A stretch of 64,000 nt of DNA. Origin: Candidatus Latescibacterota bacterium (GTDB lineage Bacteria; Latescibacterota; UBA2968). The translations under genes and the position numbers were made by a program. This document shows positions 10,692 through 21,412 of this stretch, in pieces. The notes beneath the pieces were generated by a model that was not told where the DNA came from, searched no databases, and was given only the letters and a program-made list of their open reading frames with translations. Numbering within the stretch: position 1 is the stretch's first letter; each line of letters starts with the position of its first letter. The DNA is taken from the NCBI GenBank assembly GCA_965198115.1, contig OZ240241.1, forward strand, positions 6,912,001 to 6,976,000, given 5' to 3'.

Positions 10692-11848
10692 TTCGCTCGC
10701 TCTTCCGGGAGGACGGCCGTTGGCCAGCCTTTCGCGCTGAACCGATAGGTTGTCCCGAAGAGGTTTCGTTCGGTTTCTGAAAGATGGCCGAGCACTCCGA
10801 GCGCGAGCGTGACGACGACGAAACCCGTGGCTACCCCGAGTGCGACCGGGCGCTTGCGGGGGTGTCGCTCGGGCGATCGGTCGAGAAAGGGCAGCAGAAA
10901 GATCAGCACGGCGGCGACACCCGGAATCCCGACGGCGATCGGCTCGGGCAAATACTTGAGTAGCTGGAACATCGGGAGAAAATACCACTCGGGTTTGATG
11001 CCATCGGGCGTGTTGAACGGGTCCGCGCGATCGGTCGGCATCAACGGGTAGAGGATGGCGAGCGTGAGGAGCAAACCGAGTGCGGCGTAAGCGACGATGC
11101 TTTCTTTCAGTACGTGATTCGGAAAGAAGGGTTTGCCACCCCCGGCTTGGAGCTGCTGTCGGGTCGGCTCTGGCTCGTCCGTGCGCGACAGGGGGGCGGT
11201 TCCCTGGATACGGATGAGTATCAAATGGATGCTGACCGCCCCGACGAACAGGACGGGCAGCACGGCTACGTGGACAACGAAAAACCTGCCCAGGGTGGCT
11301 TCACCCACTTCGGTCTGTCCGCGCATCAGTTCGCGAACGAGGGGTCCCACGACGGGCATCGATCCGGGCGCTTCGGTCCCGACGGTCGTGGCCCAAAAGG
11401 CCAGTTGGTCCCAGGGGAGCAGGTAGCCGGTAAACCCGAACCCGAACACGATCCCGAGAAGCACCGTGCCGAACAGCCAGGTGATCTCACGAGGTCGTTT
11501 GTAGGCGCCGTAGACGAAGGTCTTCACCATATGAATGAGGACGGTGAGCACCATCAGGTTCGCGCCCCACACGTGGATCTGTCGTACGAACCAGCCAAAA
11601 GGCACCGTGTCGTGGATGAAGAGCACGCTGTTGTAAGCGTCACGGACGGTCGGTTTGTAATAGACCATCATCAGGATCCCGGTGATGGCCTGCAGGAGAA
11701 ACAGAAAGAGCGCGAGCGATCCGAGGGTGTATAGAACGTTGGCGTGCCGGGGAACAGGCTTGCGAAGGTTCTCCGCCAGGGTGGCGAGGAGCGGGCGAAT
11801 GGAGACGCGGTCGTCCAGCCATTGGACAAGAGGCTCGAGACGGTTCAT
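10688..11848 (-). CDS. Cytochrome b subunit of a Rieske/cytochrome b complex
   Basis: [45 protein letters not shown] and the PEWY motif. ATG at 11848. Confidence 0.93.
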   Translation of the reverse strand: MNRLEPLVQWLDDRVSIRPLLATLAENLRKPVPRHANVLYTLGSLALFLFLLQAITGILMMVYYKPTVRDAYNSVLFIHDTVPFGWFVRQIHVWGANLMVLTVLIHMVKTFVYGAYKRPREITWLFGTVLLGIVFGFGFTGYLLPWDQLAFWATTVGTEAPGSMPVVGPLVRELMRGQTEVGEATLGRFFVVHVAVLPVLFVGAVSIHLILIRIQGTAPLSRTDEPEPTRQQLQAGGGKPFFPNHVLKESIVAYAALGLLLTLAILYPLMPTDRADPFNTPDGIKPEWYFLPMFQLLKYLPEPIAVGIPGVAAVLIFLLPFLDRSPERHPRKRPVALGVATGFVVVTLALGVLGHLSETERNLFGTTYRFSAKGWPTAVLPEERAK

Positions 11849-12279
11849 GCCAGACGTATCCGATCGTCCCGAACCTGGATCGGGACGGGTGTGATGTCCT
11901 CGGGAGGCGGGCCCGCGACGACACGGCCTTCGAGATCGAACCGACCTCCGTGGCACGGGCACTCGATCGTTTCGCGACGGTCACTCCACCGGACGACACA
12001 CCCCAGGTGGGGGCAGACTGCGGTGAAAGCCAGCCATTGACCGTTCTTCCGGATCACGAGGGTCGGTCGGCCGGCGAGACGCCCGACTACGCCCGTTCCC
12101 TCGATGACGTCGGCGGGTAGAATGGGATCGCCGTTCGGATCCTCGAAGGTGTTCGAACCCAATCGGGATGCCTTGAGCGGCGTGAGGTAGGCAAAGATCG
12201 GGGCCACGAAACCGATGACGGATGCGACGAGGCTGAAGCTCAGGAGGATGGTCAGAACGTCCCGTCTCTGTGCGGTCAC
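11845..12279 (-). CDS. Rieske [2Fe-2S] protein
   Basis: CPHLGC and CPCHGG Rieske boxes; Tat-like QRRDVL followed by a TM helix. GTG at 12279 with GAGGA RBS. Confidence 0.92.
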   Translation of the reverse strand: MTAQRRDVLTILLSFSLVASVIGFVAPIFAYLTPLKASRLGSNTFEDPNGDPILPADVIEGTGVVGRLAGRPTLVIRKNGQWLAFTAVCPHLGCVVRWSDRRETIECPCHGGRFDLEGRVVAGPPPEDITPVPIQVRDDRIRLA

Positions 12280-12375
12280 GACTCGAGTCCTCGCAGTGAG
12301 GGTTCCAGACACAGAAAAGCGTCGAACCGGCTCGCATTCGACGCTCTAATATAACGCTCGACCGGAGTGTTTGTT

Positions 12376-13299
12376 TCAGAGTTGCAGGCGGGAGACGCTG
12401 TCGCGGATGCCGTCGGCGGACGCGTGAAGGGCAGCAGCTTCCACGCTCGTCAGACCGATTTCGATGATGTGCTCGACGCCGGAAGCCCCGAGCTTGACGG
12501 GGACGCCGACGAAGAGGTCGTGAATGCCATACTGGCCCGTCAACCAGGCGGCGCACGGTAAAATCCGCTTCTTGTCGCGAACGATGGCTTTGACCATTTC
12601 GGTGATGGCCGATGCGGGGGCGTAGAAGGCGCTGCCGGTTTTGAGATGGCCGACGATTTCGGCGCCTCCGTCCCGTGTGCGTTGAACGATTCGGTCGATG
12701 GCGGCCGCGTCGAGGAGTTCGGCGATCGGGATGCCGGCGACGGCCGTGTAACGAGGGAGCGGGAGCATTGCGTCGCCGTGACCGCCGAGCACGAAGGCGG
12801 TGATGTCCTCGACGGACACGTCGAGCTCGCGGGCGAGGAAGTATCGGTATCGGGCGGTGTCGAGGATGCCGGCCATCCCGACGACGCGTTCGGGGCTGAA
12901 GCCCGACCGCTTGTAGGCGACGTAGGCCATCGCGTCGAGCGGGTTGGTAACGACGATGAGGATGGAACCGGGCGCGTAGCGAGCGACGTCTTCGCTCACT
13001 TTGCCGACGATGTCGGCATTCGTGGTGAGGAGATCGTCCCGGCTCATACCGGGTGTGCGTGCAATGCCGGCGGTTACGATGACGATGTCGGCGCCCGTCA
13101 GGGCCGTGGCATCGTTCGTTCCGGTAATGAGGGTGTCGAATCGCTCGACCGGCGACGACTGGGCGAGGTCGAGCCCCTTACCCTGAGGAATCCCTTCGGC
13201 AACGTCGAGTAAAACGACTTCGCGGCCCAGCTCACTCTCTGCGATGTGCTGGGCCGCGGTGGCTCCTACGTTGCCCGCGCCTACGACGGCGATTTTCAC
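12376..13299 (-). CDS. mdh: Malate dehydrogenase (LDH-like)
   Basis: [45 protein letters not shown]. Confidence 0.94.
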   Translation of the reverse strand: MKIAVVGAGNVGATAAQHIAESELGREVVLLDVAEGIPQGKGLDLAQSSPVERFDTLITGTNDATALTGADIVIVTAGIARTPGMSRDDLLTTNADIVGKVSEDVARYAPGSILIVVTNPLDAMAYVAYKRSGFSPERVVGMAGILDTARYRYFLARELDVSVEDITAFVLGGHGDAMLPLPRYTAVAGIPIAELLDAAAIDRIVQRTRDGGAEIVGHLKTGSAFYAPASAITEMVKAIVRDKKRILPCAAWLTGQYGIHDLFVGVPVKLGASGVEHIIEIGLTSVEAAALHASADGIRDSVSRLQL

Positions 13300-13333
13300 G
13301 CGGACCTCGTTAGATGATGGCGATTAGCTCGAG

Positions 13334-13594
13334 TCAGGATGCCTTTGCGTAGACGCTGACTTTTTTCTTCGACTTGCCGACGCGCTCGAACGTCACGACG
13401 CCGTCGATGACGGCGAACAGCGAATCGTCCTTGGCACGTTTGACGTTGTCTCCTGGATGAATGCGTGTTCCTCGCTGGCGGATGATGATGCTCCCCGACG
13501 ACACGAATTCGCCCCCGAACGCTTTGACGCCGAGTCGTTGACCCTGGCTGTCGCGTCCATTTCTGGAGCTGCCGACGCCTTTTTTGTGTGCCAT
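13334..13594 (-). CDS. rpmA: 50S ribosomal protein L27
   Basis: [16 protein letters not shown] and IIIRQRGT. Confidence 0.98.
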   Translation of the reverse strand: MAHKKGVGSSRNGRDSQGQRLGVKAFGGEFVSSGSIIIRQRGTRIHPGDNVKRAKDDSLFAVIDGVVTFERVGKSKKKVSVYAKAS

Positions 13595-13614
13595 TGCCGA
13601 TTCCTCTGCGGTGC

Positions 13615-13926
13615 TCAGGCGGAGATCTTGTCGATCTGGAGATCGGTGTAGGGTTGCCGGTGCCCGTTCTTCCGACGGTAGCCTTTTCGTCTCTTCATTT
13701 TGAAGACGATGACCTTCTTGTCTCTGCCGTGATCGAGCACACTGGTTTCGACCGTTGCGCCATCGACGGTCGGCGCCCCGATTCGGGTGCCGCTGTCGTC
13801 GGAAACGAGGAGGACATTGTCGAGCGTGACCTTGCTCCCGGGTTCACCTTCGAGCTTTTGGACTCGGATTTTGTCGCCCTCTTGTACCTTGAGCTGACGA
13901 CCTCCGACCTGGACTACCGCATACAT
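13615..13926 (-). CDS. rplU: 50S ribosomal protein L21
   Basis: [14 protein letters not shown] and [17 protein letters not shown]. Confidence 0.97.
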   Translation of the reverse strand: MYAVVQVGGRQLKVQEGDKIRVQKLEGEPGSKVTLDNVLLVSDDSGTRIGAPTVDGATVETSVLDHGRDKKVIVFKMKRRKGYRRKNGHRQPYTDLQIDKISA

Positions 13927-14011
13927 ACCTATGGTGCCTCCGAGCTGGTGCTGTGCCCCTCTGAACGGTCCGACCAAAGAGGTATAAGGCTATCCAAAAC
14001 AGGCGTTTCAG

Positions 14012-15553
14012 TCAAGATTTAAATTCTTTTGTGATATCCTGCTTTCTCTTTCGCGAGTAGATCCTGTAGTCGTCGGCCTGGATACCGGAGTCGGATTCGA
14101 CGTTGAGCCAGACGCGCGTCGACTTTCGCATCCGTTTGAGACGTTCCTTCCGATTCTCGAGCAGGTATTCGCTCAGCACCGGGTTGACCATCACGGTCAG
14201 ACGTCGCTCGATCGAGGCGGCGCGGCTGCGCTTGAGCCAACGCTCGATCTCCGACAGGGTGGTTTCCTTGCTCACGACGCGCCCCGTGCCGCTGCAGTGC
14301 GGACACTGTTCGCTGTAGGTGAACATCAGGCTGGGTCGAACGCGCTGCCGCGTCATTTCCATCAGCCCGAATTCACTGATTTCGGACACACGCGGGCGGG
14401 AACGGTCGCGACGCAAAGCCTGGCGGAACTCGTCTTCGACCCGACGCCGATTCTGTGGCAGCATCATGTCGATGAAGTCGATGACGATGATGCCACCCAT
14501 ATCCCGCAATCGGATCTGACGCGCGATCTCATTGGCGGCTTCGAGGTTGGTCCGGAGGACGGTTTCTTCCTGGTTCTTCCGGCCGACGTAGCGACCGCTG
14601 TTGACGTCGATGGCGACGAGCGCTTCGGTGTGATCGATGACGAGGTAGCCACCGCCGCGGAGCCAGGCCTGGCGTTGGGCAGCCTTCTGGATCTCGTCTT
14701 CGATGCCGTGCGCGTCGAATATGGGACGACGATCGCTGTAGTATTCGACTTTATCGCGAAGGTGTGGAGAAACGCCCTTGAGATACCGGAGGATCTTTTT
14801 GTATTCCTGTTTGGAGTCGACGACGACCCGATCGACATCGTCGGTGAAGAGATCCCGGACCATACTGGAAGTCATGGCCATTTCTTTGTGGAGCAGCGAC
14901 GGTGCGCCGTTTTTCAAAGCGTCTTTTTCGATTCGGCGCCACATCGCCACGAGCTCCTTCAGGTCGCGGCTGAACTCGCGCTCGCCCTTGCCGTCGGCTT
15001 CGGTACGGACGATGACCCCGACTCCGTCGGGTTTGATGCGTCGCCCCAGGTCTTTGAGACGGCGTTTTTCGCCCCAATTGGTGATTTTGCGAGAAACACC
15101 GACCTTCCCACCACCCGGAACGAGTACCATAAAACGCCCGGCGATGGAGGGCACGCCCGTGACTCTCGACCCTTTCGTCCCGATCGGCTCCTTTTTGATC
15201 TGGACGATGTGGTCCTGGCCCTTTTTAAGGACTTCCTCGATCGGGAAGACCGGCTGGCCCCTGGAATTCGTACGGTAGTCGATCTCTTCGAGTGTCTCTT
15301 CGTCGAGTTCGACCATCGATCCGGGCGATCCGGGCAGGTCGGACACGTGGAGAAAGGCGCTTTTCTCGAGACCGATGTCGACGAAGGCGGCCTGCATACC
15401 GGGCAGAACGGCCGTTACCTTGCCGTGATAGATGTCGCCGACCATCCGCTCGCTGTCGGATCGTTCGACGAGGATTTCTACGAGGCGATCGTCTTCGAGG
15501 ATGGCGATTCGCGATTCTTGTGAAGCTACATTGATGAAAATTTCTGTTTTCAA
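14012..15553 (-). CDS. rng: Ribonuclease E/G family protein
   Basis: GMQAAFVDIG, AIDVNSG, RQIRLRDMGGIIVIDFIDM, GLMEMTRQR, CPHCSGTG. Confidence 0.92.
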   Translation of the reverse strand: MKTEIFINVASQESRIAILEDDRLVEILVERSDSERMVGDIYHGKVTAVLPGMQAAFVDIGLEKSAFLHVSDLPGSPGSMVELDEETLEEIDYRTNSRGQPVFPIEEVLKKGQDHIVQIKKEPIGTKGSRVTGVPSIAGRFMVLVPGGGKVGVSRKITNWGEKRRLKDLGRRIKPDGVGVIVRTEADGKGEREFSRDLKELVAMWRRIEKDALKNGAPSLLHKEMAMTSSMVRDLFTDDVDRVVVDSKQEYKKILRYLKGVSPHLRDKVEYYSDRRPIFDAHGIEDEIQKAAQRQAWLRGGGYLVIDHTEALVAIDVNSGRYVGRKNQEETVLRTNLEAANEIARQIRLRDMGGIIVIDFIDMMLPQNRRRVEDEFRQALRRDRSRPRVSEISEFGLMEMTRQRVRPSLMFTYSEQCPHCSGTGRVVSKETTLSEIERWLKRSRAASIERRLTVMVNPVLSEYLLENRKERLKRMRKSTRVWLNVESDSGIQADDYRIYSRKRKQDITKEFKS

Positions 15554-15642
15554 ACGACTTACAACTCCTTCGGTAAATGGCTGCCCCTGAAATACTTATA
15601 CGCTTACTAATAAGAAAGGGTTCGAGAATCGACAAGTTGGCA

Positions 15643-16368
15643 TCAGGATGGGACGGCACGCCGAGGGAAGATGGTGATTTCTTCGACGATGGCCCGTTCC
15701 GGGAGACGGGCGACCATCAGGGCGGCGTCCGCCACATCTTCTGGTTGAAGGGCGGCCCGGCGCTTGGCGTCGGACACGGGGACGGGTCTGTGATCTAGTA
15801 TGGGGGTGTCGACCTCGCTTGGATAGATACAACAGGCTCGGATGCCCGACTCGCGAAACTCGGCGTTGATCGATTGGGTGAGGGCGGCCATCCCGAACTT
15901 GGAAGCGCTGTAGGCCACACCGCCGATCGTGCCGGCCCGTTTTCCAGCCATCGATGCGATGTTGATGACGAGACCGTCGGTTTGTGTCTCGAAGTGCGGG
16001 AGTGCGGCTTTGAAGCAGTTGTAAGCTCCCGTCAGGTTGATTTCGATGACGCGATCCCATTGTTCGGGAGGCATGTCGGAGAGGTTGCGCTTCTTGCTGT
16101 TGATCCCGGCGTTGTTGACGAGAATGTCGAGGGCGCCGAACCGCTCCACGGTCGTTGTGACAGCCTCCCCGACGGCGTTCCGGTCGTCGACGCTGCCGAC
16201 GGCGATCACCACGTTTGCCCGGTCTTTGCAAGCTTCTGCCGTTTCTTCGAGCGTTTCCCGCGTTCGGCCGAAGAGGGCGAGGTTCGCGTTGTCGTGAGCC
16301 AGACCGACGGCGATTGCCCGCCCGATACCGGTTCCCGCACCCGTGATCCACGCTGTTTTGGGCTTCAC
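15643..16368 (-). CDS. SDR family oxidoreductase
   Basis: TGAGTGIG, NNAG and YSASK motifs. Confidence 0.9.
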   Translation of the reverse strand: MKPKTAWITGAGTGIGRAIAVGLAHDNANLALFGRTRETLEETAEACKDRANVVIAVGSVDDRNAVGEAVTTTVERFGALDILVNNAGINSKKRNLSDMPPEQWDRVIEINLTGAYNCFKAALPHFETQTDGLVINIASMAGKRAGTIGGVAYSASKFGMAALTQSINAEFRESGIRACCIYPSEVDTPILDHRPVPVSDAKRRAALQPEDVADAALMVARLPERAIVEEITIFPRRAVPS

Positions 16369-16535
16369 GATCGTCTACTCCCCGATGTCACAGTCGTCCT
16401 GATGGGGAACGAATCTATCCACCCGCCCAGATCGGGTCAAGCTTTGTCGATGTTCGTGGGTAGCGATGACTTGGGTGCGGGCATGTGTTATATTAGCTGT
16501 GTTGCGTGAAAATGAAGCCGCAGACGGGGAAATCG

Positions 16536-17750
16536 ATGATTGACATGCGGGAAGCGATCGATCGCGTACTCGAAAGCACGTCGCTGATCGATCGCACTCA
16601 CGTCCCCTTGATGGACGCGCTCGGGTATACGCTCTCGGAGGATGTCGTCTCCGACATCAACATGCCGCCGTTCGAGAAGGCGACGATGGACGGCTATGCC
16701 GTCATCGGGGCCGATGTGGTCAAGGCGTCGACGGATTCCCCGGTGACGCTCGATGTGATCGAGGAGGTTCAGGCCGGGGTCCTGCCGAAGAAGGCCGTTT
16801 TGCCCGGCCAGGCCACGCAGATTATGACGGGCGCGCCGGTACCCGAGGGGGCCGACACGGTCGTGATGGTCGAGGAAACCGAGCGCGTGGACGGGGTCGT
16901 CAAGATTCTGGCTCCGGTCGCGGCTGGAACCAACCGTGTGCCTCTGGGTGAGGATGTGAGGGAGGGACAGGTGGTCCTTAGGGCGGGCGTGACGCTCCGT
17001 CCACCCGAAATCGGTATTTTGGGCGCCATCGGGATCGACCCCGTCCCGGTCTATCGGCGTCCCGTCGTGGGGGTGGTGGCCACGGGTGATGAGATCGTCG
17101 AACCGAACGTAAAGCCCCAGCCGGGACAGATCCGGAACAGCAACGGGTATTCGATGGCGACGCAGGTGACGCGGGCCGGCGGCATCCCGCGCTACCTGGG
17201 CATCGCGACGGACGACGTGGATGATCTGCGACGGGTGATGACCGAGGGGACGGATTCGTGCGACGTGCTGCTGCTGTCGGGCGGCGTGTCGGCGGGTGTC
17301 TACGACCTCGTTCAAGGGGTGATGGAGGAGTTGGGTGTGGACGTGCGGTTCGACCGGATTCGTATGAAACCGGGCAAGCCGCTGACGTTCGGCGTTCGGG
17401 GCGACAAGCTGATCTTCGGGCTTCCCGGCAATCCCGTTTCATCGGTGGTGGGGCTGGAATTGCTCGTCAGACCGGCGCTCCGGAAGATGCAGGCGGTCGA
17501 CGAGGTGCATCGACCGAGGGTGACCGCACGGCTGGATGAGGCTTTTCGTCAGTCACCGGGTCGGGAGCAGTACGTGCCTGCGGCCTCACGCTTCGAGGAC
17601 GGCGGGTGGCGTACCCGGTGGGTGGGGCATCACGGCTCGGCCGATCTGTTCTCGATGTCGGAGGCGAACAGCCTGTTCGTGGTCGATGCAGAGGCGACGG
17701 GTGTTGAAGCCGGAGAAGATGTGGATGTGGTCCTGTTGACGGAATGGTAG
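16536..17750 (+). CDS. moeA: Molybdopterin molybdotransferase
   Basis: [45 protein letters not shown]. Confidence 0.95.
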   Translation: MIDMREAIDRVLESTSLIDRTHVPLMDALGYTLSEDVVSDINMPPFEKATMDGYAVIGADVVKASTDSPVTLDVIEEVQAGVLPKKAVLPGQATQIMTGAPVPEGADTVVMVEETERVDGVVKILAPVAAGTNRVPLGEDVREGQVVLRAGVTLRPPEIGILGAIGIDPVPVYRRPVVGVVATGDEIVEPNVKPQPGQIRNSNGYSMATQVTRAGGIPRYLGIATDDVDDLRRVMTEGTDSCDVLLLSGGVSAGVYDLVQGVMEELGVDVRFDRIRMKPGKPLTFGVRGDKLIFGLPGNPVSSVVGLELLVRPALRKMQAVDEVHRPRVTARLDEAFRQSPGREQYVPAASRFEDGGWRTRWVGHHGSADLFSMSEANSLFVVDAEATGVEAGEDVDVVLLTEW

Positions 17751-18226
17751 ACGTGACGGAGCTTTCGCACATCGACGATGATGGTCGTGTCCGGATGGTG
17801 GACGTGTCCGAAAAGGCGGTCACCGATCGGGAAGCCGTGGCCGCGGGGGAGATCGAACTGGCGCCCGCGACTTCACGGATGATCGTGCAGGGGTCATCGT
17901 CGAAGGGGAACGTGCTCGAAACCGCCCGAATCGCGGGGATTATGGCGGCGAAGCGGACATCCGATCTGATTCCGCTGTGTCACCCGGTCGCTGTGACGGG
18001 TGTGGACATCGATTTCGAGATCCGTGAGGATCGGGTCGCGGTCGTGGCTGTGGTTCGTGTGCCCGACCGCACAGGCGTGGAAATGGAGGCCCTCACTGCC
18101 GTGTCCACGAGCTTGCTGACCATTTACGATATGTGCAAGGCCATCGACAAGGAAATGCAGATCGGCAACATCCGTCTGCTGCGAAAGACGGGTGGCCGTT
18201 CGGGCGTGTATACTCGGCAAGAATAA
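17744..18226 (+). CDS. moaC: Cyclic pyranopterin monophosphate synthase
   Basis: [37 protein letters not shown]. Confidence 0.96.
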   Translation: MVDVTELSHIDDDGRVRMVDVSEKAVTDREAVAAGEIELAPATSRMIVQGSSSKGNVLETARIAGIMAAKRTSDLIPLCHPVAVTGVDIDFEIREDRVAVVAVVRVPDRTGVEMEALTAVSTSLLTIYDMCKAIDKEMQIGNIRLLRKTGGRSGVYTRQE

Positions 18227-18238
18227 GGAGATCCAACG

Positions 18239-18538
18239 ATGGAACTCTCCCTGGATCTGGTTCTGATGGTATTGACGCTGGGCTGTATCGTGTTCACCCT
18301 TCAGACGCTGATCGACTACAACAAACAGGCGTCGGTTATTCGCCCCAAGCTGCGCGAGGTTGCTCGAATCAAAGATTCGCACGAGGGAGAGATCGAAAAA
18401 GTTAAACGGACGATGGACGAGTCGGACAAGGACTGCGAAAAGTTCGATGTGGAGTTAGCGGAGCTCGAAGCCAAACATGCCGAACTCGAAATCGTGGCGA
18501 CCGACCTGAGGTCGAAGGTGGATGATGAGGAGGAATAG
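18239..18538 (+). CDS. Hypothetical membrane-anchored coiled-coil protein
   Basis: TAAGGAG RBS; N-terminal TM helix followed by an acidic heptad-rich region; 99 aa. Confidence 0.7.
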   Translation: MELSLDLVLMVLTLGCIVFTLQTLIDYNKQASVIRPKLREVARIKDSHEGEIEKVKRTMDESDKDCEKFDVELAELEAKHAELEIVATDLRSKVDDEEE

Positions 18539-18548
18539 GGCAAGCGGC

Positions 18549-18577
18549 TTGACAGGGATTGGGCGCACGGGTAGATT
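18549..18577 (+). promoter_or_regulatory. sigma70 promoter of the tRNA
   Basis: TTGACA-17 nt-TAGATT, ending 16 nt before the tRNA. Confidence 0.75.
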
Positions 18578-18593
18578 CTCGGCCTGGATTTGA

Positions 18594-18666
<73 letters not shown>

Positions 18667-18677
18667 CTTGAGTTAGG

Positions 18678-18706
18678 ACCCTCCGGAGGTTTCCGGAGGG
18701 TTTTTT
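18678..18706 (+). terminator. Rho-independent terminator after the tRNA
   Basis: accctccgga-ggtt-tccggagggt followed by a T run. Confidence 0.85.
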
Positions 18707-18898
18707 GTGCGCAAGCTGGTGATTTTTTGTAGGATGCGGCCTTCGCCGGTTCCCAAATCGCCCTTGACTTTGCTCGGGCTGGTGTTATTTTATCCACTCT
18801 GTTCGAGTTGTCGATGACCCTTGCTGTCGCATCGGGCGTGCCTCGCCCTCCAATCGGGTTGGGCGCAGTCCTCGGAGTGCGTGTAGGAGAGGAATAAG

Positions 18899-19763
18899 AT
18901 GGATCGCGAAGACATCCGGCTTGGGATTCGGAACATCAAGAACCTGCCGACATTGCCGGTCATCGTGAGTCGGGTCCTGGAAGTTGCCGATGACAGTGGA
19001 TCGAGTGCCAACGAACTGGCCGACATCGTTTCGAAGGACATGTCCGTTTCGGCGAAGGTCCTGAATCTGGCCAATTCCGCTTTTTACGGGTTTTCCCGGC
19101 GGATCACGACGATTCCTCAGGCGGTTGTGGTCCTAGGGTTCGACACGGTCCGGTCGCTCGCTTTGAGCGTGTCGGTGTTCGAATCGCTGAACACCGAGGA
19201 TGAAGACGTGAGTTTCGACCGGGAAGCGTTCTGGATCCATTCCATCGGGTGTGGGAACGCCGCTCGACTCGTTGCCAAGGCCCTGAACTACAAGGACACG
19301 GGCACGTTCTTCGTGGCTGGGCTCCTTCACGATCTTGGTAAAGTGATTCTCGACACCTATTTCCACGAGCAATATGCCGAGGTGGTCGAGGAGATGATCG
19401 AGGAAGAGCGTTCGGCGCTCGACGCGGAGACCGACATCCTGAACATCGATCACGCCGAGGTCGGGGGCTGGCTTGCCGCCCGGTGGAAGTTCCCTGAAAT
19501 TTTGGTGACCCCCATCGCGAGCCACCACAACCTGATGGCCGCCGACGAGCAGTTTATGAAAGAGGCCGTGATCGTTCACCTCGCGAACATCCTGACCAAA
19601 CGGGCCCATATCGGCCTCTGTTACGAAGAAGACATCGCCCCCCCCAGCGATCTGGTCGAGTCGGAACTCCAACTGAACAACGACCAGGTCACCTCCATCC
19701 TACGCGAGTTGCAGGGGCGAGAAGGAAAAGATCAACGATTTCTTCACGCAGCTCAGCAACTGA
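18899..19763 (+). CDS. HDOD domain protein (probable extra G at 19714-19717 near the 3' end)
   Basis: LPTLP, VLNLANSAFYG, FWIHS, GLLHDLGK, DHAEVG, WKFP. Removing one G gives the ending GEKEKINDFFTQLSN-stop at 19763 and removes the long overlap with the kinase gene. Confidence 0.88.
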
Positions 19764-19791
19764 CCGACCTACCGGCTGAGTGGCCGTCCAT

Positions 19792-21324
19792 ATGGCCGAC
19801 CCAGATCTCTCCACGACGGAACCTACCGAGCGCGAAGCCAAAGCTCTCCAGGAGCTCCAACGAAGCGTTGCTCAGCGTGACCTGTACTTCAGGGAGCTGA
19901 CGAAAACCAACCAACGGTTCGAGGAGAAGGTCCGCGAGCTTTCCGTCGTTCGCCGTATCGGCGAGTCTCTCAAGTACACACGTGACGTTCGCAAGGTGTT
20001 CGAGGTCATCATCGACACGATTATCGATGAGACGAACGCCGAGAACTGCTCGTTGTGGCTGCTGAACAAGGAGGTCGGCGAGTTGTCGGTGAAGGCCGCC
20101 CGCGGTCAGATGGACGAGGAGATCAGCTACTATCATACTGCGCCCGGAACGCATCGGTTCCGGTTGGGAGAAGGCATCGCCGGGTGGGTGGCGCAGCACG
20201 GAGAGCCAATCGCGATCCCAGAGTCGTCGACAGGCGAAGTCGTCCGGCTGTTCCCGGAACTGGATGAACGGGGCGAGCCCGTTGTTATTTCCGCGCTGCC
20301 CGAAGTGCCCCAATTCCTGGCGGGTCAGTCGGCACGACGTATCGGTTCGTTGCTCGTTCTGCCTTTGGTGATCGACAACGAGGTTGTGGGTGTGGTGAAC
20401 ATGAGCCACCCCCGCGAACGCGCCTTCCAGGCCGAAGACCAGCAACTGATGACGATCGTGACGGACCAGGTCGCGATCGCCCTCAGCAACGTTCAGATCT
20501 TCGACGATCTGCAGCAACTAAACGTCGTGTTGGAGGACGAGGTCGAAAAAGCGACGGCCGAACTGCGACGAACGAATGTCGAACTGCAACTTGCGAACGA
20601 GGAAATCCAGGCCGCCAGCCAGATGAAGTCGCAATTCCTGGCGCATATGTCTCACGAGCTGCGCACACCGCTCAACGCCATCATCGGGTTCTCCGAAATC
20701 CTGGAAGACGAGACGTTCGGTCCGGTCAACGATCGACAGAAGCGCTACATACAGAATATTCTGAAGAGCAGTCGCCATCTTCTGGAGTTGATCAACGACA
20801 TTCTCGATTTGACGAAGGTCGAAGCGGGCAAGATGGAGCTCATCCAGACCGAGTTCATTCTGGCGGAGTGCCTCGCGGGTTCGATCGATGTCGTGAGTCC
20901 TCTTGCGGAGAGCAAATCGATCACGGTGACGCAGAACATCGCCTCCTCGATCGGTATCATCGTCGCCGACGAAGGTCGGATCAAACAGATCTTCCTCAAC
21001 CTTCTGTCGAACGCGATCAAGTTCACACCCGAAGAGGGCAAGGTGACGGTCACGATCGTTGAAAAAGACGACGGTATGATCGAAATCTCCGTGTCGGATA
21101 CGGGTATCGGCATCAAGAAGGACTATCAGGACCTCATCTTCTCCGAGTTCAGACAGGTCGAGGAAACCTACGCCCGTCGGTACGAAGGCACCGGTCTCGG
21201 ACTCGCCCTCACCAAACGCCTCGTCGAATTGCATTCGGGCAGAATCTGGGTTGAATCTGAAGAGGGCGAAGGAAGCACCTTCATTTTCACGCTGCCCGAA
21301 GCCGCCCGTTCCTCCCTGAAGTGA
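19792..21324 (+). CDS. Soluble GAF-domain sensor histidine kinase
   Basis: GAF (GEGIAGWV, LPLVIDNEVVGV); H box FLAHMSHELRTPLN; NLLSNAIKFT; DTGIG; GTGLGL. Start could also be GTG 19780. Confidence 0.92.
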   Translation: MADPDLSTTEPTEREAKALQELQRSVAQRDLYFRELTKTNQRFEEKVRELSVVRRIGESLKYTRDVRKVFEVIIDTIIDETNAENCSLWLLNKEVGELSVKAARGQMDEEISYYHTAPGTHRFRLGEGIAGWVAQHGEPIAIPESSTGEVVRLFPELDERGEPVVISALPEVPQFLAGQSARRIGSLLVLPLVIDNEVVGVVNMSHPRERAFQAEDQQLMTIVTDQVAIALSNVQIFDDLQQLNVVLEDEVEKATAELRRTNVELQLANEEIQAASQMKSQFLAHMSHELRTPLNAIIGFSEILEDETFGPVNDRQKRYIQNILKSSRHLLELINDILDLTKVEAGKMELIQTEFILAECLAGSIDVVSPLAESKSITVTQNIASSIGIIVADEGRIKQIFLNLLSNAIKFTPEEGKVTVTIVEKDDGMIEISVSDTGIGIKKDYQDLIFSEFRQVEETYARRYEGTGLGLALTKRLVELHSGRIWVESEEGEGSTFIFTLPEAARSSLK

Positions 21325-21412
21325 ATCGATTTTGAGCGATCTAGCGAGTGGCAGAGTTGTGGGAAGAATTCATATAAAGTGAGTCAACAAAATCATAAAT
21401 AGGGATGGAGAA

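Noticed and set aside
18795-18898. Riboswitch in the HDOD leader
   Set aside because: No match to c-di-GMP or other riboswitch consensus sequences that I could recognise.
19764-19900. C-terminal extension of the HDOD ORF overlapping the kinase
   Set aside because: Better explained by a single extra G at 19714-19717.
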